DNA from: Scyliorhinus canicula
Taxonomy: Eukaryota
Assembly (NCBI RefSeq): GCF_902713615.1
Contig: NC_052147.1
Location: 259,256,886 to 259,320,885 of the forward strand
Direction of reading: 5' to 3'
DNA: 64,000 bases
The notes below the pieces were generated by a model. It saw only the letters and a list, made by a program, of their open reading frames with translations. It was not told where the DNA came from and did no database searches. The position numbers and the translations under genes were made by a program. Below are positions 1 to 13,699 of this stretch, piece by piece; the stretch's first letter is position 1; every line of letters starts with the position of its first letter.

Positions 1-194
1 TCCATTTCTGGTACATTATTTGCAGTTTTCCTAGTGCTGCTTGGATGCTGCTATCGTCCCTGTAGACATTTTAAAATCTAATTTCAGACAGACCTGTGTG
101 TTGAAATAATCATATTTCTTGAATACCCAATGACATTTTGTTGAAAGCCATCAACAGACCATTCACAACTGATTAGATTATATCTTCGCAACGT

Positions 195-560
195 AGAGGT
201 GGTATAGTAGTAATGTCATGGGACTAATAATCCAGAGGCCTAAGTTAATGCTCTGGGATCATGGGTTCAAACCCCCACCATGATAGATGGTGGAATTTAA
301 ATTCAATTAGTAAAGCTGAATATAAAGCTAATCAATGGTGACCATGACAGCCATCATTGACTGTTGCAACAATCTGCCTTTTGGGAGGGATATCTTCCAT
401 CCTTAACTGGCTGACGTGTGGTACCAGACCTACTGCAAGATAGTCGACTTTTGACCCCCCTCTGAAATGGCCTAGCAAGCCACTTAGTCCTAGGGCAGTT
501 AGGGATGGGCAATAACCGCTGGCCCAGGCAGCGAATCCCGCATTCCATCAAAGAATGTAA
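195..560 (+). mobile_element. tRNA-derived SINE whose 3' tail is shared with the LINE at 61630-62340
   Basis: B-box-like GGTTCAAACCC; tail TTAGGGATGGGCAATAA...CCCGCATTCC; second copy at 58050-58400. Confidence 0.65.
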
Positions 561-751
561 CAAAAATGTGAATGTGTTCCATAGTACTTCAAAGGTCAAC
601 TGTGCTTAGTTGGTATGGCACTGTGAAGATGAACTCAATTTGTTTTAATTTACAGTAACAGAAACATGACCTTCTCTTCAGTAAATGACAACTATTGGCA
701 ACATGTATCAAGTATATTAAACAATCTTTTTTTTTTAATGTTACGTCCTAG

Positions 752-856
752 GGAAAACTTCATAATCATCAGCTGATGGGTATTATTCCAAGAATAGCAC
801 ATGACATCTTCGATCACATATATTCCATGGATGAGAATCTAGAATTGCATATTAAG
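752..856 (+). CDS. KIF5C: Kinesin-1 heavy chain KIF5C internal exon (about human exon 4): [35 protein letters not shown]
   Basis: ctag|GGA ... AAG|gtaaat, 105 nt, phase 0-0. The translation matches the kinesin-1 motor alpha2/L5 region; [11 protein letters not shown] is the KIF5C form as recalled. Confidence 0.93.
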
Positions 857-1473
857 GTAAATGTGAAGCAGCTTCTTCATGAAGAGTCCATTTCTGGATA
901 ACCATGACATTGTATACTGTGTAGTACTATGCTGAGGTATGAATCTGTGCTTGCATAGCATTAACCGGATATGGAAATACCAATTTTAGGCACTTTCTAG
1001 TCCCTGAAACTGAACTAGCTCCAGTGCAATAGCTGAAGCTGGTGCAGATACCAAGAATCATGGGCATTTTTACAAGAGATAATTTTGCATAGTTTCTCCT
1101 CACTTCCTCTTTCAATGGACTTTTAGCTTTGTGTCGGTAACTAAGTTTCACTTACTAAATGCTCCATTTTCTGTGGCACCTCTTTGAGTGCCATCCTACC
1201 TGCAATGTCTGCATGTGGACAGTGATGCTCAAATTGTTGAAGGAGATAAGAATATTATGGACAAAGATAAGTCAACAAACGTGTGATGTTGTTTAATGGT
1301 CTGTGCTGAATCTGGAAATGGTTTTATAATATGGGTATCCCTGGGTATCATTCTCCATCCAGTTTGTTTGAATTTCATGATCTGAAAATCGACAGTGAGT
1401 TTATGGGTGCGATTTAACTAAGTGGGAACAAAGTTCCATAGCGAGCGCTCGCATCAGCGGGGAATACGTGGCT

Positions 1474-1990
1474 ACAAAGAACAAAGAAAATGACAGCACA
1501 GGAACAGGCACTTCGGCCCTCCCAGTCTGCGCCGGTCCAGATCCTTTATCTAAACCTTTTCCAAGGATCTACTTCCCTCTGTTCCCCGTCCGTTCATAAA
1601 TCTGTCTAGATGCATCTTAAATGATGCTATCGTGCCCGCCTCTACCACCTCCGCTGGCAAAGCGTTCCAGGCACCCACCACCCTCTGCATAAAAAACTTC
1701 TCACGCACATCTCCCTTAAACTTTCCCCCTCCCACCTTGAAATCATGACCCCTTGTAATTGACACCCCCACTCTTGGAAAAAGCTGGTTGCTATCCACCC
1801 TGTCCATACCTCTCATAATTTTGTAGACCTCAATCAGGTCCCCCCCTCAACCTCCGTCTTTCCAACGAAAACAATCCTAATCTACTCAACCTTTCTTTAT
1901 AGCTAGCACCCTCCATACCAGGCAACATCCTGGTGAACCTCCTCTGCACCCTCTCCAAGGCATCCACATCCTTCTGGTAATGTGGCGACC
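1474..1990 (-). mobile_element. CR1-clade LINE 3' fragment, interrupting a GC-rich TIR element (about 1404-2215)
   Basis: ORF remnants WSPHYQKDVDALERVQRRFTRMLPG and TRGH...FFMQRVVGAWNALP; short-repeat tail. Confidence 0.85.
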
Positions 1991-2259
1991 AGGTACGGTC
2001 GGCACACAGCCCAGTTTTCTGCACTGAGGAACGATGCTCGCCGAAACACCTTGGTGTAGCGAGAGAGTGGGACGCCATTTGACGTTAGATCCCCTGAGGC
2101 GTTGTGATCGGTAGCGGGGGTAGATCCGGTAGTGGGGTCCCCTGGCTTCTATCGGCCATGCTGCGTCATGGCGAGCTGCTTTTTGGGTTTAACCTGACCG
2201 TTCAATCACACTCTGCAGCTTAGTCAGCATTGAAATTTAAATGCGCGATTAAGACCATT

Positions 2260-2769
2260 GGGTGGGATTCTCCGATCACTGACGCCATAATTGCGTTCGG
2301 CAATTGGTCGGAGAATCGCCATTTGTGCCAAAATCAGGGGCGGCGCCACTTTTGCGATGCTCCACCCACTCAAAAACAGCACACACCATCAGGACGGCCT
2401 CACCTGAGGCGTTTCCCCCAATGCACCGCCCGAATGGGATGAGTTCCTGATGATGTGGAACACTTACGGTATTTTGTTTTGTGGACCCCGCCTTGTGGCT
2501 GCGGACTGTGTCCAGTGCCGCCTCAGTCGGGGGGGGGGGTGTAATGCCACTGGCCGGGGGGGCTTTGGCAAGGGCTGGGGGGGGACTGGTGGGGGGAGGT
2601 CCGGGGGTGGCATGGGGAGTTACTGGGGGTCCTTATTTGGCAGGCCAGGCCCGCGTGCGGCCGGTGCCATGTTGCACGGCTGTTAACCCCCCCCCAACGG
2701 TCCCAAAATCGGTGCAGCAATCACGCCACTGTTCCCAGCACTTTGTCTGGAAATCAGAGAATCCAGCCC
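2260..2769. mobile_element. GC-rich Harbinger-type MITE
   Basis: TIRs GGGTGGGATTCTC / GAGAATCCAGCCC; flanks ATT/ATC. Confidence 0.65.
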
Positions 2770-3745
2770 ATCATTTCTTCTTACCAGTGATGTATTTATA
2801 AATCATGTATTCAGTGAATTTAATCATCCTGGATTTTAGCATTCCCCTTTATCGCTGTCTAGCATAGACTTAAAACAGCATTGTTAAAATTTAACAATAT
2901 TTACTCAAGTGCAGTGAAATCTGTTGGTCCTGTAAGTGGGATCAGCATCTTATTCCTAGGAGTGCCTCTGTACAGAACAATGCTACACAATAATGTAACC
3001 CAGATGTGTGACAACAAAACCTCCTTATGGTCCAAACTGGATAAGTGTGTTGTTTGCATATGCTGGTACATTAATTTCTATGAACACAGACTAACCAAAC
3101 AATTGGACCAGGATTATGCCTCCTTCCCCACCCCTGCCCTGCAATTAACCTAGGTTAATCGCCACTCAAGGTCCTCTTCCCATTGAAGCTGGGGAAGCTG
3201 AGGGAGGGGCCTGTGCTTGGTCACCAGGCTGGCAGGGAAAACCTGGTGAGCTTGGGGTGTGAGGGAGTGGGTTGGAGTGGGTTGGAGTGGGTGGGGGGGT
3301 TGGCTATTGGATGCCCTCCTCTTCCCCAAGGTGTGAATCCACTCCCCTGCATTCCTACTACCTGACCCTTTCCATCCTGCCAGCCTCACCCCGGCGAGAC
3401 CCAGATTCAAATTATAATCCACCTCCAGAGTTGAGTGCCTCCGACTCGGGTTTGTTGCAGTCCCAGGAGCGGCCACCATTCCTTGCCCTCTATTGGACAG
3501 CAGTTCTCTGTGGTGGGACTTTGTCTTGGTGAGGGGCGAATGTCTCGCACTTGAGCCAATTAAGGGGCTATTGGCTGTTTAATAGTGCAGGGGCGAGGCT
3601 GCCAAACAAAGGCAGGCTCGCCCCTGACTTTTAGACAAGGGGGCGGAATGACCCTTGATGAGATGAAGCATGATGCAAATTGTTAACTTACTTTATTGCA
3701 CAGCAAGTAAGCATTCAGACCAACAATTAAGAACAGAATCAGTTC

Positions 3746-3959
3746 GGGTGACATGGTGGCACAGTGGTTAGCACTGCTGCCTCACGCCACCGAAGTCCCA
3801 GGTTTGATCCCAGCACCAGGTCATTGTCTATGTGGAGTTTGCACATTCTCCCCATGTCTGCTTGGGTCTGACCCCCACAACCCAACGATGTGCAGGATAG
3901 ATGGACTGGCTACGCTAAATTGCCCCTTAATTGTAAAAAAAAATTGGGCACTTTAAAAT
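3746..3959 (+). mobile_element. Short A-tailed HE1/V-SINE
   Basis: tRNA head plus V-domain, A-rich end; TSD ACAGAAT(C/T)AGTT at 3733-3744 and 3960-3971. Confidence 0.8.
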
Positions 3960-4147
3960 ACAGAATTAGTTACCTTAATCAGTACCTATCCCTCCATATT
4001 CTAACCTGCTAGTGGCCTTTTCTGGAGCTGATGGATTTGCAGATCTCTCTGCCTTTTTGAGCTTGTGTGAAGACAGTGTTTGAAAACACGACCAATGAAG
4101 AGTAACATTTTCCCCAAGTTGTTTCTGTGGGATAAATGGGGAAAAAA

Positions 4148-4465
4148 GGGCGGCATGGTAGCACAGTGGTTAGCACTGTTGCTTCACAGCTCCAGGGTCC
4201 TAGGTTCGATTCCCGACTTGGATCACTGTCTGTGCGCAGTCTGCACTTTCTCCCACTGTCTGCGTGGGTTTCCTCCGGGTGCTCTGGTTTCCTCCCACAG
4301 TCCAAAGGTGTGCAGGTTCGGTGGATTGGCCATGCTAAATTGCCCTTACGTGTCCAAAAAGGTTAGGTGGGGTTATGGGGATAGGGTGGAGGTGTGGGAT
4401 TGGGCAGAGTGCTCTTTCCAAGGGCTGGTGCAGGCTTGATGGGCCAAATGGCCTCGCACTGTAAA
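4148..4465 (+). mobile_element. HE1/V-SINE, long form with CR1-like tail
   Basis: A-box/B-box head, V-domain GGGTTTCCTCCGGGTGCTCTGGTTTCCTCCCACAGTCCAAAG, tail GGGCCAAATGGCCT. Confidence 0.85.
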
Positions 4466-5448
4466 TGGCGAATAGCATTTATTGAGAGCGGAACCTTTTG
4501 AGAGATGGAAACACTAACAAAGTTAACATTGGTCTGTTCTGATCTCCTTAATAATCAATGAAAAATGCTGTGTTACTTAACAGAGTTATTTTCTTACTCT
4601 AAATTGGAAGACGAATCTGCTAACTACTATTAAAGTCGCGACAGAAGGTGACTACTTTGAACAAGTTTCAAATGGAGATCAGAGACTAGAACAAATTTAT
4701 TCAAATAACAAATAAAATGGATAGATAAATGATAGTAATAGACAGTGTGGCAATATGTGCTGTTAATGAATTTTTAGTTAGCACTTTCTCCTTAAATACC
4801 AAAATGATAAATGGTGTGACACTACCTCTACTGGACAAGCACCATAGTGTAACACTAATAAAATGGCTTGTGGAGCTCAGAGGTAGTGCATACAACATAT
4901 GGTACAGTGTGACAGAGTAAAATATTCTGCACACTGCCCAGAACACATTTTGAATTTGAAAACTGAACTAGAATAGATGCCCTACTCCACAGTTGAACTA
5001 AATTTATCAAATTCCTCAGCCTCAGCCGTCACTTTCATCTGATAGGTTTCAGAACAAAGCCACTAATTTATGTTAAGTCATTTCTAATTTGCAATCAAAT
5101 TGAATTTGCGCAGGAATAATTTATTTTGAAGTGACCTTGTATGCCATAAACAGGAAGATGTATCCGTCACAGCCTTCAAAATCAAGTTGGCTGCCAACAA
5201 ATGTAACCGCACACATCACATTTCATAGATGTAAAAAAAAATCTGTTCTTTCTTATGATTGTGATCAACTGAGTAAAAGTCAGTAGAGGTGAAACCTGCA
5301 TAAGACTTCCTGGGGCAGACAGTACCATGGGTCGCACACCCTGGGGCACCGAGTTAGGGCAGTGATAGGCCACATCCACAAGCACATTTTTCCTCCATTC
5401 ACCAGGATGTTGACATGGAAGGGAGGTTGGATAGGCCTGGGTTATTTT

Positions 5449-8331
5449 TTTTTTAATAAATATTTTATTGAGGTACTTTTTAGTTTTACAGCGACAACAA
5501 AATAAACAATATACATTAATCTATAAACATAGTGCAAAAGCTGCCTTCCTCCCTTACAGGTCCCAACTTTATTAACCCCCTGCTCTAAGCAAAACTAACC
5601 TGCTGATTAATTTTCTGCAAAGAAGTCAACGAACGGTTGCCACCTCCGGGTGAACCCTAACATTGACCCTCTCAAGGCGAACTTGATTTTCTTCAAACAG
5701 AGAAAGCTAGCCATGTCCGATAGTCAGGTCCCCGATTTCGGGGGCTTTGAGTCCCTCCAAGTTAATAGTATCCGTCTCCGGGCTACCAGGGAAGCAAAGG
5801 CTGCCTCTTTCTCTTCCTGGATTCCCAGATCTTCCGACACCCCGAAAATTGCCATCTCTAGACTCGGTGCCACCCTTGTTTTTAACACCGTGGACATGAC
5901 ATCTGCAAACCCCTGCCAGCATGCCCTAAGCATTGGACATGGCCAGAACATGTGGACATGGTTCGCTGGCCCTCCCGCACACTTTGCACACCTATCTTCT
6001 AACCCAAAGAACCTGCTCATCCGGGCCACTGTCATGTGTGCCTGGTGAACGACCTTGAATTGTATCAGGCTGAGCCTGGCACATGTTGTGGACGTGTTGA
6101 CTACTCAACGCGTCCGCCCAGAGACCGTCCTCAATCTCTCCTCCCAACTCCTTTTCCCACTTGCGCTTCAGCTCCCCAGTCTGCGTCTCCTCTGACCCCA
6201 TAAGTTCCTTGTAAATGTCAGAGACCCTCCCTTCTCCCATCCACCCTCTGGAAACTACCCAGTCCTGCATCCCCCTTGGTGGTAAGAGCAGGAAGTTTGA
6301 AACCTGCCTGCGTAGGAAGTCCCACAACCGCAGGTACCTGAATTTGTTTCCCCTCGCCAGTCCAAATTTCTCCTCCAGCTCCCTCAGGCTAGGAAAGCTC
6401 CCCTCTATAAACATATCCCCCATCCTCTCAATCCCTGCTCTCCGCCACCTCCGGAACCCCCCCGTCCATCCTTCCTGGGGCAAACCGGTGATTATTACAA
6501 ATTGGATACCAGACATATGCTCCCTCTGCTCCAACATGTTTCCCCCATTGCCCCCAGACTCTCAGGGCTGCCACCACCATGGGGCTGGTGGAGTACCGTG
6601 CTGGCAGGAATGGCAGAGGCGCCGTTATCAATGCCCCTAAGCTGGTGCCCTTACAAGAAGCCGCCTCCATACGCTCCCATGCCGACGCTTCCCCCCACCA
6701 CCCACTTCCTGATCATGGCTATATTTGCCGCCCAATAATAGTTACTGAAGTGTGGTAGCGCCAGCCCGCTCTCTCCCCAGCTCCGCTCAAGCACCCCCCT
6801 CCTTACTCGGGGGGTCTTGCCCGCCCATACAAAGCCAGTGATCACTTTGTTGACCCGTTTGAAAAAGGACAGCGGAATAAAGATGGGGAGACACTGAAAC
6901 ACAAACAAGAATCTCAGGAAGACCCGTCATCTTCACCGTCTGCACCCTCCCAGCTAGTGACAGCAGGAGCGCGTCCCACCTCCGAAAATCGTCCTTCATT
7001 TGGTCTACTAGTCGAGCCAGATTTAACATGTACAGCCGTTCCCATTCCCGTACCATTTGGATGCCCAGATAACTAAAGCTTCCCCCGACCACTCTAAACG
7101 GCAGTTCCCCCAATCACCTCTCCTGTCCCCTCGCCTGGACTGCAAACATCTCACTTTTCCCCATATTTAGTTTATAAACTGAAAACCGGCCACACTCCCC
7201 CAGAATCCTCATGATTTCTTCCATTCCCTCTGCTGGGTCCAATACATACAGGAGCAGGTCGTCTGCGTAAAGTGAGACTCTGTGTTACACTCCCCCACGG
7301 ACCAGCCCCTTCCAGCCCCTTGAAGCTCAGTGCAATTGCCAGCGGCTCTGTGACCAACATGAAGAGCAGTGGGGAGAGAGGGCACCCGCACGCCTCGATA
7401 CAGCCTAAAATAGTCCGTACGCTCACCACAGGAGCCTGATACAGCAATCTGACCCAGTCCATAAAACCCCGCCCAAATCCGAACCGCCCCAGTACCTCCC
7501 ACAGATATTCCCATTCTACTCGATCAAAGGCCTTCTCTGCATCCATTGCGACCACTTCCTCCCCTCCCTACCTTCCGGGGGCATTATGATCACGTTTAAC
7601 AGCCTTCTTACATTGGCCACCAACTGTCTTCCCTTAACAAACCCCGTCTGGTCCTCCCCAATAACGTCTGGAACACAATCCTCAATCCTAGAGGACAAAC
7701 CTTTGGCCAGCTGTTTGGCGTCCACATTCAAGAGGGATATTGGCCAGTAGGGCCCACACAGCTGTGGGTCCTTGTCCCGCTTCAATGTCAGCAAAATTGT
7801 TAGGGGCAACATCCCTCTCCCCCCCCCCCCCTCTCTCGTTGGGGGTTCCGACCCATACAGCCTACTGTAGAGATCCCTAAACGCCTTACTCACCCCTGCT
7901 GAATCTCCAACCAGGTTCCCATCTCCGTCATTTACTTTCCTTATCACCCTGGCTGCCTCCCTCTTTCTAAGCTGCTGTGCAAGCATTCTGCTGGCCTTCG
8001 CTCCATGCTCATAAATAGCCCCCCTCGCCTTTCTCAGCTGCTCCACCGCCCTCCCTGTGGTTAACAAGCTGAACTCCGCCTGTAGCCTCCGCCATTCCTT
8101 TAAAAGATCTGCCTCTGGGGTCTCCGTGTATCTCCTGTTGACCTGCAATATCTCCTTTATCAGTCGGTCCATCTCTGCTCTGTCTACCTTCTCCCTGTGG
8201 GCCCATATCGAGATCGGCTCCCCTCTATCCACCGCCTTCAATGCCTCCCAGACCATCACTGCCGAAATGTCCCCCATGTCGTTGACTTCCAGGTAGTTCT
8301 GAATACATTTCCTCAGCCGCCCGCACGCCTC
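5449..8331 (-). mobile_element. 5'-truncated, internally deleted L1-clade LINE (ORF2 pseudogene)
   Basis: RT motifs PISLLNVDAK, DQTGFVKGR, DAEKAFDRVEW, GCPLSPLLF; C-terminal CAKC...HMFWPCP; AATAAA plus poly(A); 15-bp TSD GGCCTGGGTTATTTT at 5434-5448 and 8332-8346. Confidence 0.92.
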
Positions 8332-8760
8332 GGCCTGGGTTATTTTCGTTGGAGCAGCAAAGATTGAGGGGCGACCTGATCGAGGGTCCAAGACTATGGG
8401 GGGGGGGGGTGGGGTGGGCAAGGTAGACAGGGTGCAGCTGTTCCCCTCAGTCCAAGGATCAGTCAGGAGGGGACATAAGTTCAAGGTGAGGGGCAGGTGT
8501 TTTAGGGGAGATGTGAGGGAAAACCTTTTTACCCAGAGAGCAGTGACTGCTTGGAAAGCACTGCTTGGCAGGATGGTAAAGGTGGGTTGCCTCATCCTTT
8601 AAAAAGTACCTGGATGAGCACTTGGCACGTCTTAACATTCAAGACTATGGGCCAAGTGCTGACAAATGGGATGAGGTAGGCAGGTCAGGTGTTTGTCATG
8701 CGTCGGTGCTGACAAGATGGGCTGAAGGGCCTCTTCTGCCCTGTATTATTCTGTGATTGT
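8332..8760 (+). mobile_element. CR1 3' fragment hosting the L1 insertion (left part about 5400-5448)
   Basis: LFPSVQGSVRRGHKFKVRGRCFRGDVRENLFTQRAVTAWKAL; CR1 tail. Confidence 0.8.
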
Positions 8761-8855
8761 GTGGTGCTGCTGGCCAAATTTACCTGCTTCAACATCAAAT
8801 GAGATTACTTTGCAGGTATGCTCTTATGTAAATTACCTTTTGTGTTCTGTTATAG

Positions 8856-8904
8856 GTTTCCTACTTTGAGATCTACATGGACAAAATTCGGGATTTACTA
8901 GATG
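8856..8904 (+). CDS. KIF5C: KIF5C exon: VSYFEIYMDKIRDLLD
   Basis: atag|GTT ... GATG|gtgaga, 49 nt, conserved kinesin VSYFEIY motif. Confidence 0.95.
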
Positions 8905-9184
8905 GTGAGATAATTTTCTCATTTTTAAAGTGCGGCACCCCTTCTTTGCCAACACAAACCAGAAACAAGAATCAGAAGGCATTTCTGTAACATCTTCCCA
9001 CCTCTCTCAAACGTCTGTGCGTTAAATATGATAAAGTACATCTATTCTGACACAAGCAAATACAAATGCATAGTACAAAGTAAGATTCCACAAAGATCAG
9101 TGAGATAAATGTGGGAGAAGAAAGGGCACTGGATAAACTGCCTGCGCTGCTTTAGAAATCGAATGAATGTATCCAATAGTGTGA

Positions 9185-9570
9185 GGAAATTCAGGCTTCC
9201 AGAACCTGTAAATTAGCGTCAACCTAGTTAACAGAGCGGCATGGACTAATCAGAGATGGTCATCACGGAGTTTTAAAATGCAGGTCATGCTTGACTAATT
9301 TTATTGAATTGTTTTGGAAAATTCATATAGTATGTCAAGGAATGAATGCTGAATGTTGCAGAAATGGATTTTCAGAAGACTTTTGATCAGGTGAAACCAC
9401 ATGAAACTTACCACAAAAATTAAGGTACAAGGCATTGAAGGGAATGGATTCAGAAAGGCTAGAAAATGGAGGTTGGAGATAAATGGATATTTTCCTGATA
9501 TGATCAGTGGTAACACTCTATGAATCTATGCTGGGATTTCTTTTTTCTCTATTCGGTAAATGATTTGTGC
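9185..9570 (+). mobile_element. Degenerate CR1 RT fragment
   Basis: Traces of the NYRPVSLT, QHGF, SCLTN and DFQKAFD coding sequence. Confidence 0.55.
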
Positions 9571-10012
9571 AACGGGTGGTCATAATAAGGAATGTGTAAA
9601 AATATGAAAAAGGTGCAGGTCAGGGCAGTCTCCTTAACCAAATTCACCGGGTGGGATATTTTTGGATCGCTCACGTTTTCTGTGCATCATACCATTTGAA
9701 TTGCCAGTGGCTGCCTTCTTGAAGAGCATTATTAGTTGGTTCATCACCCTCTCTCCATCCATCTCAAATTTAACGATAATGTTGCACGATTTACAATGGG
9801 TTTGTTCCATTACAAATGTTTATTTAATAAAAACTGTCATTTTTAAATTGCATGAATTCCAAATGACATTCCATTTAATTTAATAATAAAAGCAACAAAA
9901 TGTCTGACCAAAAAAAATTATATAAAATGGCCACCTTATTGCAAGATCGGCTGGTTCAGGTGCAAATACAATTACTTCATAAATTGCTCACAGACATAAT
10001 TTCATTTTACAG

Positions 10013-10068
10013 TTTCAAAAACCAATCTTTCAGTGCATGAGGATAAAAACAGAGTACCGTTTGTTAAG
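10013..10068 (+). CDS. KIF5C: KIF5C exon: (V)SKTNLSVHEDKNRVPFVK
   Basis: ttttacag|TT ... AAG|gtaaga, 56 nt, in frame with the previous exon. Confidence 0.95.
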
Positions 10069-12794
10069 GTAAGATTTATTGCTATCTGTTTTATTAACTT
10101 CAAAATGATCCCTTGAATCAATGCAATGTACCAAGTACTCAGACAGCCAACCTACTCAGAGATAAATTACCTGCACTGCTTTAGAAATCTAATGAATCAA
10201 TTCAACATTTTGGATTTGTCAACATTTATTTTGACTTATGCAGAATGGAATACTTTATTAGATTTCAAAGTTGTACCACTGAAATTGATCAATCCTAGAA
10301 TTATATGGGTGCATTATGAAATGCTTGGATACATTAAACAACAAGAACTTGGAATATAATTTACACTCTTGTTTCATAAGTAAATCATACAGAAATGGCT
10401 GATGCAGAAATTTTTAGCTTGGTAAACCACACCTTCCTGTAACAAACGTGGAAATTTTAAACTTAAATTTCCTGTCCCTCGGAAACCTGGTAGCTAAAGG
10501 GAGGTGGAGATTGTTGGATCTAGCAGGTAAGTGCCTTTCCACTTAACTGCTGGATCAAGCTTCCAGTCTGCCTCCAGTCCCCTTCTCCCTCATGATTACT
10601 CCCCCCCCCCCCCTTCCCCCAACCTTGTCCCAAGTCACAATCTCCCATGACATAACCCTCCTTATCTTTGTCTCCCAACACTTCCACACCCAACCCTTCG
10701 GTTCCTCTCTGATTCCTCTCAGAAGCTCCCTCGTCACTCCAACTGATCGACCCACGAGCCACAATCCCGCCCTGCCTCTGAATCGGGCTGGCAGCGATGA
10801 GAAAACAGAAACCAAAATCATCAAACATGCCCTCTTAAATTCAGCAACGCCCGAGCACAAAACAGCTGTGTCCTTGCCGCCCCCCCCCCCCCCCCCCCCA
10901 GTTAACACTGGAGCCAATATCTTTTAAACAGACTCGCACAAGTATTTTGTCAAGAACTGCGATAGCGTTAGTTTACTAATCTGCTTGAATTCCTTAAGAT
11001 TGGCACATTATGAGTGCAATGTTCATTCAATACTTACAAAAATAGATTATATCTAACACTTCAGTTGTACTGTTACTTGTACTTAACATTGTTGCAAAAT
11101 AAAATAGGAGAGGAAATTTTAAGTAAGAATATGAGCTTTAGAATTAATTTTTTAGTTTAAGGTGACAGCATTATTTCAGTCCCATCCACTTGCAGGTGTC
11201 AAACAAATCCCTAATGCAACATTTCGGCAGCGTTATATATAAAAATTATTCCTTGTGTAACTGTTGTTGAGTTTTCAGTACAAGGTTCTACAGTTTGCAT
11301 GGGCAGAGAAGTCGCTAAGCAGAAGATACTGATTTGAGATCATTGACAAAAAAAGTCAGGGCGCCATTAAAACCAGCTAAGCCTCCAGCTGCCGCTCCTG
11401 GATGAGCTGGCTGTTCATTAGGCTGTGATCCCACCGGGAATAAAAATCATCCCATTATCACTGACTGGGTCTTATGCTCGCTTCCTCTAGCTATGCATTC
11501 CAGAATCCATTGAGTTAACTTTACGGCCACACTGCACCACTGGATCCACTGAGATTTCCTCCACTATCTCCAGGGCCTGTGGTGTTCCCTGTAGCATGGA
11601 GCTGTTTAATTTGTATGGCTTTCTTTATTTCTCTTCCCTAGTGGTAGTGCCTTGCATTCATACACATTAAATGTGATCTTGTACTCATCAGCCACTTTCC
11701 CGACCTAATCAGATCGCTAATTCGCAAACCAAAGTAATCACATTCTATTTCAGTTCTGCCTACAGTGTTAATTATCCAAGAGTTTTAAAAATCTTCCATC
11801 AGGTGTTATTTCACCATTTGTCGGACATTACACAGATTCACGTCCACCAAATAATCAAACCACAAGTTACATGCAATGGTTGAGTGAGCTTCTGACATCT
11901 CAAACAGAGCCCCTCTTGTTAAACGTTCAACTAGGGTTCCCCCAGATTTCTCAGATACCCATTATTATTGGCTGCTGAATGTTGATTGGCGCACCTCCAG
12001 CATTGTGGAATGGGGAAAAAAAATAATGCAAATGTGCTTGATCGATGGGGCAAAGAAAGAGAGGTTAGTGCTTCAGCTCAATCATTCCCCAAAAGTTTTC
12101 ATCTATTCCTGGAGGATCTAAGAATGTATAAGTGAAGTTCATGGGCTCCATCACCATGGGAATGGTGAGAATGAAAAGTACAATGGTTAAATTTTTTACT
12201 AACTGACAGAATAAAATATCCCTCAAACATTGATGAGCTCATCAGTAGGAAAAACCTGGCGACACGTACTTCATTGACTCAAAATATCTCCTTTCATAAT
12301 TTGACAATCATTAAATGCCTTCCTGATGAGTCCTGCATCACGATGCACACGATCTCGTGCTAAATTACATACTGAAATGAAAGAGAGACAACACAAGGAA
12401 GCAGACAGCGCAGAGAGAAACCATTTGACCATCCTACCTGTGCTGGTCTCAAGGGGGTGAGAATGGGGATGAGAAAATATCAGCCATGATTGAATGGCAG
12501 AACAGACTTGATGAGCCGAGTGACCTAATTTTGCTCCTATGTCTTATGGTCTGAGGAGCCAGAGAATTCTCCTACTCTTTCCCCACAATTTCTTCCTCTT
12601 CAAGTGTAATCCGATTTCCTATTGGAATTTGCTACTGATGTTGCTTCCGCCATCCTTCCAGGTAACGCGTTTCACATCGTAACAACTTACCAAATCAGAT
12701 AATTTCCCCTCATCATTAGCGTGCCATTTCCCAACTTCCTGAACAAGGTTGTCGGGATGCAGATATTGTGGTGAAATTTAAGAGAGAGTGATAT

Positions 12795-13006
12795 ATATTT
12801 TTTTAAATTTAGAGTACCCAATTATATTTTTTTCAATTAAGGGGCAATTTAGCATGGCCAATCCACCTAACCAGCACATCTTTGTGTTGTGGGGGTGAAA
12901 CCCACACAGACAGGGGGAGAATATGCAAACTCCAGACGGACGGGATTCGAACCTAGGTCCTCAGCGCCGTAGACCCAGTGTTAACCACTGCGCCACGTGC
13001 CGCCCC
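12795..13006 (-). mobile_element. Short A-tailed HE1/V-SINE
   Basis: 13-bp TSD GAGAGAGTGATAT at 12782-12794 and 13007-13019. Confidence 0.85.
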
Positions 13007-13082
13007 GAGAGAGTGATATTTGAGAGGGTGCAGAGATATTAGTTTGATGTGACTATGTATGATATAGAGTGATTACATATAT

Positions 13083-13400
13083 TGGACAGCACAATGGCAC
13101 AGTGGTTAGCACTGCTGCCTCACAGCGCCCAGGTTCAATTTCAGCCGTGGGTGACTGTATGGAGTTTGCACATTCTCCCCGTGTCTGCGTGCATTCCTCC
13201 GGGTGCTCCAGTTTCCTCCCACAGTCCAAAGATGTGCAGATTAAGTGGATTGGCCGTGCTAAATTGCCCTATAGTGTTCAAAGGTTGGGTGGGGTTACAG
13301 GACTGGGGCAGGGCGTGGGTCTAGGTATTGTACTCATTTGGCGGGTTGGTGCCGATCCGATGGGCTGAATAGCCTCTTTCTACGCTGTAAGGGTTTCTAT
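13083..13400 (+). mobile_element. HE1/V-SINE, long form
   Basis: tRNA head, V-domain, CR1-like tail. Confidence 0.8.
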
Positions 13401-13594
13401 GAATTCAATTTTGAAAATTATTGCAAATGGCCAAAATGATAGTACCTACAAACAATTAGGTCCTTCTGTTTAAAAAAATACATTCACGGCTAATTTGCAA
13501 ATTCTGTAGATTTTTAACCTGAGGGAGGATGTTTGGCTTAAGTATGTGTTTTTATATAATACTTGGAAACTTTCCAATAACTTTTCTTTTGTAA

Positions 13595-13699
<105 letters not shown>

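Noticed and set aside
7516-8595. 359-aa ORF as a novel gene
   Set aside because: Chance fusion of antisense CR1 sequence with a deleted L1 ORF2 segment across the insertion junction
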